DNA of 64,000 bases, from contig CAVSGI010000009.1 in the NCBI GenBank assembly GCA_963727445.1, positions 288,001 through 352,000 of the forward strand. Direction: 5' to 3'. Every line of letters starts with the position of its first letter. Position 1 is the stretch's first letter. A program made the position numbers and the translations under genes. Shown here one piece after another: positions 58,138-64,000 of this stretch. Source of the stretch: an uncultured delta proteobacterium. Its GTDB lineage: Bacteria; Myxococcota_A; Polyangia; Polyangiales; B10-G4. The notes beneath the pieces were generated by a model. That model searched no databases, was not told the DNA's origin, and saw only the letters and a list, made by a program, of their open reading frames with translations.

Positions 58138-59457
58138 TCAGCGCGGCGCGAGATCGCTCCGCACGACCGTCGCCTCCGTCGCCTCCGCCGGGTTGAGCGT
58201 TCCGGTGAGCGCCGGGCTCGAGGCGCCGACAATCAACAACACCCCGCTGCCGCCGCCGCCCCCGCCGCCGTTGTTGGGGTGCGGCATGCCGGGTCCACCC
58301 GTCGCGTCCGCGCCGCCCCCGCCGGCGCCTCCCGCACCGCCCATGGCCCCCGCGGCGCCCCCGGCCGCGGCCGTTCCGCACGCACATCCGGGTGAGCCGT
58401 CCTCACCCGCGATGCCGAAGGAGCCGCCGCCCCCACCGCCCCCGCCCGCTGCGAGCGTGCCGCTGACGTCCACCGTTGGGGCCGCCGCGACGATCATCCC
58501 CCCGGCGCCGCCGCCACCACCGCCGCCGCAGGCCGGTGACGCCCGGCCTCCGTCGCCGCCCGTGTTCACGACGCCGCTGACGGTGACACGCCCATGCGAC
58601 GCCAGCAGCACTGCGCCGCCGCCTCCGCCGCCGTTGCCGCCCCGCCCGCTCGGACAGACCGCGAGGTCCGGGCCCCAGCCGGCGCCGCCGCCGCTTCCCC
58701 CGCAGAGGGCCGAGAAGCTCGCCACCATCGCGCCGGGGCTCCCAGAAGCGGCCGATCCCGCGGCGCCACCCTGTCCACCCATGCCGCCGTTCCCCGCGCC
58801 GCCGGCGCCCGAGTCGCAGCACGAGCCGCTGACCTGGCCCATGCCGCCGCCGCCGGGCCCGAAGCCGCCGCTCATCCCAATCCCACCCCGGTAGCCACCT
58901 GGCCCGCTCGTCTCCGCGGCGGCGCTCGCGTCGAGGACGCCCGAAGCCGAGACCTCGACGACGTCCAGCCCGACGAGCCCGAGCGCGCGAGCGCCCGTCA
59001 CGCGCACCGTCCCCTCGACGATGATCTGCTCCGCGAGGAAGAAGCCGATGCCCTGACAGCTCTCGGCCGTGCCCACGCGCTCGAAGACGAAGTCGCCGGT
59101 CGTGCCCGTCACGCTCCCCGACTCGGTGTCGAGGGTCGCACCTTCGGCGAGCGTGAAAACGGAGCCAGGGGCCGGGGTGGGTAGCGTCGTGGGGACGAAG
59201 GGCAGGTCGTAGAGCACCCTGGGCGTGCCGCCATCGTCCGGAGGCGAGCCGTCCACCGCCGAGCCGTCAATCGTCCTGTCGGCGTCGGCTCGCGAGGCGT
59301 CGCGCACGTCGCTATCCGTCCGGGTCGCGCCATCCGGATCTCCCGAGCCGGTGTCGTGCCGAGACGCGATCGCCGACGAGTCCACGGAACAGGCGCCGAG
59401 GCACGCGACCAATGACGCGCGCGCCACGAGACAGAGCGCTCTGTTCGGCGGGACCAT
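58138..59457 (-). CDS. Glycine-rich lipoprotein
   Basis: LGAC lipobox; GGSGGG, GGGGGGAVLL, GGGAGGMIV repeats. Confidence 0.75.
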   Translation of the reverse strand: MVPPNRALCLVARASLVACLGACSVDSSAIASRHDTGSGDPDGATRTDSDVRDASRADADRTIDGSAVDGSPPDDGGTPRVLYDLPFVPTTLPTPAPGSVFTLAEGATLDTESGSVTGTTGDFVFERVGTAESCQGIGFFLAEQIIVEGTVRVTGARALGLVGLDVVEVSASGVLDASAAAETSGPGGYRGGIGMSGGFGPGGGGMGQVSGSCCDSGAGGAGNGGMGGQGGAAGSAASGSPGAMVASFSALCGGSGGGAGWGPDLAVCPSGRGGNGGGGGGAVLLASHGRVTVSGVVNTGGDGGRASPACGGGGGGGAGGMIVAAAPTVDVSGTLAAGGGGGGGGSFGIAGEDGSPGCACGTAAAGGAAGAMGGAGGAGGGGADATGGPGMPHPNNGGGGGGGSGVLLIVGASSPALTGTLNPAEATEATVVRSDLAPR

Positions 59458-59517
59458 GTAGTGCTCTCAGCGTACCGCACTTCGCGCCCGCTCACTCGGC
59501 GTGGCGCGCGCGGCGCC

Positions 59518-60183
59518 TCAGAACGTGCCGCTCGCGGTGAGCCCCGCGGCGCTGCTTCCGATCATCGGGTCGACACGTATCGTCGTGGTCTCGCTCAGCT
59601 GGACTTCGTTCACCGTGCGACGGGCGAAGGTCAGCCCCGCGATGAGCATGGTGAGGCCACCGGCCTCGAGAAGGCCGGCGCCGATCAGGAAGCCGACCTC
59701 GAGGTCGGAGCTCGCGAAGGGCAGCTGGAGCCACGGCCCGACCACCGGAATGACCGACATCGCCAAGAACGTGTCGGTGTTGTCGACCCCCGCCACCGCG
59801 CGCAGGCTCGAGTAGAGGAGCGAGCCGATCAGGTTCGCGCCGTAGCCGACGGCGAGGCTCACCGCGCCCGGGATCACCAGCGCGCGATTGGCGCGGGTGC
59901 GCGCGACCTCGGGTGGCTGGTAGTCGGGCGGCGTCTCGCCGGTGGGATCCGTGAGCTGTGTCGGCGGTGGCGTCGCGAGCTGAACACTGCTGGCCGTCGC
60001 AGTGGACTCGGGCGCGGTGGGGACCGCCGTGTGGGTGACGTCGTAGCCGTTGGGCACGATCACCACGACGCCACCATTCGCATTCGGCGCTTGCGTCTGC
60101 GCCACCGCGCTCGTCGCGCTCAGCAGCAAGGTCGTCATCCCCATCAGCACCATCGTCATCCGTGTCATCGTCATCGCCTCCAT
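59518..60183 (-). CDS. Hypothetical secreted/membrane protein
   Basis: Signal peptide, IPVVGPW motif, hydrophobic helices, terminal ASGTF. Confidence 0.7.
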   Translation of the reverse strand: MEAMTMTRMTMVLMGMTTLLLSATSAVAQTQAPNANGGVVVIVPNGYDVTHTAVPTAPESTATASSVQLATPPPTQLTDPTGETPPDYQPPEVARTRANRALVIPGAVSLAVGYGANLIGSLLYSSLRAVAGVDNTDTFLAMSVIPVVGPWLQLPFASSDLEVGFLIGAGLLEAGGLTMLIAGLTFARRTVNEVQLSETTTIRVDPMIGSSAAGLTASGTF

Positions 60184-60197
60184 CTGCAGTGGCTCAG

Positions 60198-60213
60198 TGC
60201 AGCGGGCGTGCCG
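60198..60213 (-). promoter_or_regulatory. Putative sigma54 promoter
   Basis: Minus strand CGGCAC-GCCCG-CTGCA upstream of the 59518 gene. Confidence 0.45.
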
Positions 60214-60342
60214 GGCTGTGCCCCGACTCACGGCACAGCCGAAAGACGACGGATCTCCAGTGGTTGTCGCGGGCGACCTCCCGCGCCTCACGCTGTGCCA
60301 CTCCGTGCAAGCGTCAAGCGTGGTTCTCGATCCGCGTCGGGC

Positions 60343-62319
60343 TCAGCGCTCCGCGAGGTCGACGGCGTAGACGAAGCTCGCCCGCGGCAGGCGCGCGTAG
60401 CGCTCGGCGATCGCGGCCATCGGCACGGTGTCGCCATCGACGTGCTGCGCCGTCAGCGCCTCGGCTCCCGCGGTGTCGCCCGTCGCCAGGATCTCGACCA
60501 CCTTCTGCATCAGCGCCTGCGCCGCCGCGGGCATGGCCGCGTAGTCGATGTCGAAGGAGCCGACATCGCTGCCATTCGCGGCGCCGCGCGTCGGGTTCCA
60601 GCTCATCGCTCCGGTGCGCAACAGCTCGCCGATCTGGATGGCGGCCAGCTGGCTGTACGCCTTTCGCTGCCCGCTCGGCGTGTACATGCCTCGGCTGATG
60701 TGCCCGAGGGCCCAGGTGATGGAGTCGAGGTACGCCTCGCGCACCGCCTGCTCGTCGACGACACCACGCTCCTTCAACAACGCGAGAAGGTAGAGCGCGC
60801 CGGTCTGCGCCTTCAGCTCTTCGAGCATCGACGCCATCTGACCGCCGAAGATCTCCTCGGAGGACTTGCCCTCGATCCGATACTCCTGCGCCGGGCCCAG
60901 GTTGTGGGTCGCCTCGTGCAGGATGGTGCTCATCAGGCCCGGGTTGGGCGAGGTGGTGAAGGGCGCCATCGCCTCGTTGGTGAGGAGCGCCTCCGCCGCC
61001 GTGCGCCGCCGCGCCGCGCTGTCCGGGTCGGTATAGAGGTTTGTCATGGCCACCGTGCGGCCGCGGCTCTCCTCGGCCACCGGACCCCAGTTCGGGAGGC
61101 TCTGGCCGATGGTCGCGCCGAAGGCTTCGCAATCGTCCCCCGCGTTGACGACGATCTGGATGAAGTCGGGGAGGTGGAAGCTCACCTCCCGCGGCTCATA
61201 AGCCTCGCTCAGGTCCGCGATGCTCTGCTCCATGTCCTGCTGGATGGGTGACAGGCGCTCCTGCCACTGGAGCGACGCGGGGTCGATGAGCGCGAAGGTG
61301 AGGTGAAAGGCCGCCTTGCGGCTGCACGGATCCCAGTACACCTCGTCCGGCGCGACACGGACGTACCAGCGGGAGTTCTCCGCGTTCATTTGCGACCACG
61401 CCTCGTCCGCGGGGTTCCAGTCGTTGGTGGTGAAGGCCTCGGCCGCCGCGCGGAGGTAGTCGCGCAGCGGCTCTTCGTTCGGCGCCTGCTGCAGCGCCGA
61501 GGCCGCCGCGTAGAGCTCGGTGGAGATGGCCTGCATTTCGTCGGAGTAGGCTTCCGTGTAGGGGACCGCCACGAGCTCACCCTCGCGCTCGCGCACCACG
61601 GTGAAGGGCGAAAGAAGAGTCTCGGCGTCCTCGCGCTCGCGGAGGGCTTCGCAGAAGCCTTCCTGATCCTGGAGCTCGGCGGGATAGACGCTCGGCTTCT
61701 GCTTGGGCGCGTGGGGGAGCGCGGTGCATGCCTCGTCCTCCTCGAGCTCCGGCGACAGGCACGCCGGGCCCCAGTTGCGGCGGAGCACGGCGCGGCTCGC
61801 GGGGTCGCGGGCCTCGTGCTCGCGGGTCAGCGCAGTCATGCCGACCTGTCGCGCGTAGAGCTGATCGATGGTGCGCGCGACGGCGAGCATCCGGCCTGCG
61901 AACGCCTGCTCGGCCTCCGACAGCTCGCTGAGGTCGGTCTCCACCAGGCTCACTGCCGCGGAGGAGAGCTCGCGCTGCATGAGCGCGATCCGCGCGTCCG
62001 CCGGCTCACCCGCGTGCTCGATCTCCACCATCTTCCGGTAGGCGTCCTCGAAGTCGGCGGTGAACTGCCCGTTCTCGACCCAGTGTCCGACCGTGTCGTA
62101 GAAGAGGAGGGAGCGCACCTCGTCGGGGTCCACCGCGCCGTTGTCGTTTGCGTCCGCCAGCCAGAAGACCGGGGCGTCGATCATCAACGCCAGCTGATTG
62201 AAGCGGGGACGCTCGAGCTGGTCGAAGGAGATCGCGGCGGAGGTCGTCTGGATCTGAGCGCCGCCGCAGGCGGCCGCAAGGGAGAGGACGAGGAGGGGGA
62301 GAAGAAAAGTCCGAGCCAT
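60343..62319 (-). CDS. Zinc peptidase, M49/DPP III-like (NUDT3-type HEXXH), lipoprotein
   Basis: AAAC lipobox, GQSLPNW, ILHEATHNLGP, LEELKA. Confidence 0.8.
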   Translation of the reverse strand: MARTFLLPLLVLSLAAACGGAQIQTTSAAISFDQLERPRFNQLALMIDAPVFWLADANDNGAVDPDEVRSLLFYDTVGHWVENGQFTADFEDAYRKMVEIEHAGEPADARIALMQRELSSAAVSLVETDLSELSEAEQAFAGRMLAVARTIDQLYARQVGMTALTREHEARDPASRAVLRRNWGPACLSPELEEDEACTALPHAPKQKPSVYPAELQDQEGFCEALREREDAETLLSPFTVVREREGELVAVPYTEAYSDEMQAISTELYAAASALQQAPNEEPLRDYLRAAAEAFTTNDWNPADEAWSQMNAENSRWYVRVAPDEVYWDPCSRKAAFHLTFALIDPASLQWQERLSPIQQDMEQSIADLSEAYEPREVSFHLPDFIQIVVNAGDDCEAFGATIGQSLPNWGPVAEESRGRTVAMTNLYTDPDSAARRRTAAEALLTNEAMAPFTTSPNPGLMSTILHEATHNLGPAQEYRIEGKSSEEIFGGQMASMLEELKAQTGALYLLALLKERGVVDEQAVREAYLDSITWALGHISRGMYTPSGQRKAYSQLAAIQIGELLRTGAMSWNPTRGAANGSDVGSFDIDYAAMPAAAQALMQKVVEILATGDTAGAEALTAQHVDGDTVPMAAIAERYARLPRASFVYAVDLAER

Positions 62320-62388
62320 GGCGGCGAGAAGCTAGCACCCCGGTCGACCGCCATCCACGCCGTTGGGGGAATGTGATACTCCCCAGCC

Positions 62389-63147
62389 GTGGACCGGCCC
62401 GAGCTGAGCGTCATCATGCCCGCGTACAACGAGGGGCGGGGCATTCAGTCGGTGCTCTCCCGCCTCCTCGCGTACTTCGACGAAGAGGGCACCGACGTCG
62501 AAGTGATCGTGGTCGACGACGGCAGCAGCGACGATACGAAGTCCTGGATCGAACGCGCGGCCGAGGCGGACCCACGCATCGTGAGCGCCGGCTTCGCGGT
62601 GAACCAGGGCAAGGGCGCGGCGGTGCGCGAGGGGTTGAGGCGCGCGAGGGGCAGGGTCGTGGCGTTCACCGACGCGGATCTCCCCTACGGCCCGGAGAAG
62701 ATCCTCGAGGGCAAGGCGCTCGTGGATCGGGGCGTCGACTTCGTCGCGGGCGCGCGCGACCTCGCTGAGCTCGACAGCCGGCGTGACTACCCGCTGCCGC
62801 GACGGGTCGCGAGCTTCGTCTTCGGGCGCTTCGTCTCGGCGGTCCTCGGAACCGCGATCGAGGACTCACAGTGCGGGCTCAAGCTCATGCGGCGCGATGT
62901 CGCTGACGCTTTCGCCGAGACCCTCACCATCGATCGCTTCGCTTTCGACGTGGAGATGCTCCTGCTCGCCAGGAGCTGGGGGCTCCGGGTCGAGCGCCTG
63001 CCCGTCAGCATGATCCACATGGCGCCCTCCTCGGTGCAGCTCACCCGCGACGCGCTCGACATGGCGCGTGACGTCGCGCGGTTGGCCGCACGGCGGAGGA
63101 CCGGCCGGCTCCCCGCGCGTCCCCCTCGCCGCGAGGCGGATGGCTGA
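62389..63147 (+). CDS. GT2 glycosyltransferase (polyprenol-phosphate glycosyltransferase-like)
   Basis: SVIMPAYNE, VDDGSSDDT, NQGKGAAVR, FTDADL, DSQCGLK, FAFDVE. Confidence 0.92.
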   Translation: MDRPELSVIMPAYNEGRGIQSVLSRLLAYFDEEGTDVEVIVVDDGSSDDTKSWIERAAEADPRIVSAGFAVNQGKGAAVREGLRRARGRVVAFTDADLPYGPEKILEGKALVDRGVDFVAGARDLAELDSRRDYPLPRRVASFVFGRFVSAVLGTAIEDSQCGLKLMRRDVADAFAETLTIDRFAFDVEMLLLARSWGLRVERLPVSMIHMAPSSVQLTRDALDMARDVARLAARRRTGRLPARPPRREADG

Positions 63148-64000
63148 AGCGTCCAGGCGTTCGGCGGAAAATCTCGCGCTCCTCGAACGCGTGAGCGTCG
63201 TCCCCGAGGGAGGCAGCTCCGGCGACGTCGTCGACGCCGACGAGCTCCAGAGGCGCCTCGGCCTCGCCTCGCTCTACCTCGCCCGGCGCATCCTCGCCGC
63301 GCTCGGCGCCGACCGCCGCGATCGGCTGACCCGCGAGCGTCTGATCGAGCGCATCGAAGCGCTGATGGACGGGACGCCCGAGGACAAGCTCCGCTTCGCC
63401 TTCCGCGTGCACGACGCGAACGGCGATGGCGCCATCGATCACGAAGAGCTCGAGCGCATGCTCTGGATCAGCCTCGCCGAGAACCGCCTCGCCTTCGGCC
63501 CTGAGCAGGTGACCGATCTCTGCGAAGCGGTCTTCGCGCACGCCGACGAGAACGGCGACGGGCTCATCACCTTCGAAGAGTTCGAGAAGTCCATCGGGCT
63601 CTATCCGGGTGTGGTAGAGCACATGACCCTGGGTGACCTCCGCTGGCTGGGTCTCGGCCCGAGCCCTTCGATCACCACCCTGCGCCGTCGTCGCCCGCTG
63701 CCGCGGCTCTCGGCGAACGTCACCTACGCCCTGTTGGTGTTGGTCTGGCTCGCCGTGAACGCCGCCCTCTTCGCCCGGGCGGTGGTCGTCTACCAGGCCG
63801 CGGGCGCCAACATCTACGTGCAGATCGCGCGCGGCTTCGGCGCCACCCTCAACCTGAACGCGGCCCTGATCCTCATCCCGATGATGCGGCGCTTCCTCAC
63901 CTGGCTGGGGCGAACCGAGGTGGGGCGCGTGCTCATCGACGACCACGTCGGCTTCCACCGCCTGGTGGGCAACGCGGCTCTGGTGTTCGGCCTCGCCCAC
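63140..64000 (+). CDS. EF-hand-containing NADPH oxidase / ferric reductase (NOX5-like), 3' truncated by window edge
   Basis: Open from ATG 63140 to the edge; EF-hands DANGDGAIDHEEL and DENGDGLITFEEF, then IARGFGATLNLNAALILIPMMRRFLTWL...FHRLVG...LAH transmembrane heme-domain motifs. Confidence 0.85.
   Translation, partial: MAEASRRSAENLALLERVSVVPEGGSSGDVVDADELQRRLGLASLYLARRILAALGADRRDRLTRERLIERIEALMDGTPEDKLRFAFRVHDANGDGAIDHEELERMLWISLAENRLAFGPEQVTDLCEAVFAHADENGDGLITFEEFEKSIGLYPGVVEHMTLGDLRWLGLGPSPSITTLRRRRPLPRLSANVTYALLVLVWLAVNAALFARAVVVYQAAGANIYVQIARGFGATLNLNAALILIPMMRRFLTWLGRTEVGRVLIDDHVGFHRLVGNAALVFGLAH

Overview
High-GC bacterial DNA (about 70% by eye). The gene content (MYXO-CTERM protein, PEGA, MopE-like and Cys-rich lipoproteins) points to Myxococcota, probably a Polyangiales/Sandaracinaceae-like organism. 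The first ~19 kb is an unstable accessory region. It holds two near-identical copies of a ~1.45 kb HUH (Y1/RAYT-like) transposase element bounded by inverted ~24-bp motifs (GGGGAGATCGTAACCNNGTTGGCG). The ends of these elements are locally re-duplicated, and a rearranged non-autonomous derivative, a solo end, a transposase fragment and gene debris lie among secreted and Cys-rich lipoprotein genes. The 19-48 kb stretch looks mostly like core genome: acyP, rpmE-prfA, an alkyl-DHAP-synthase-like FAD/Fe-S cluster, ribA, MerR, an orphan T3SS-needle-like small protein, PEGA proteins, a metallophosphoesterase, and an SseB / class-III aminotransferase / LuxE / LuxC operon without luciferase. After tRNA-Phe come more surface proteins, an 8 x 52-bp hairpin tandem array fused to a deleted phzF gene (related to a 52-bp dimer at 426-520), and the 5' part of an EF-hand NOX5-like NADPH oxidase at the right edge. 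Several single-base frameshifts, mostly in short homopolymers, suggest long-read consensus errors. All family calls come from motif recognition by eye; no database searches were run.
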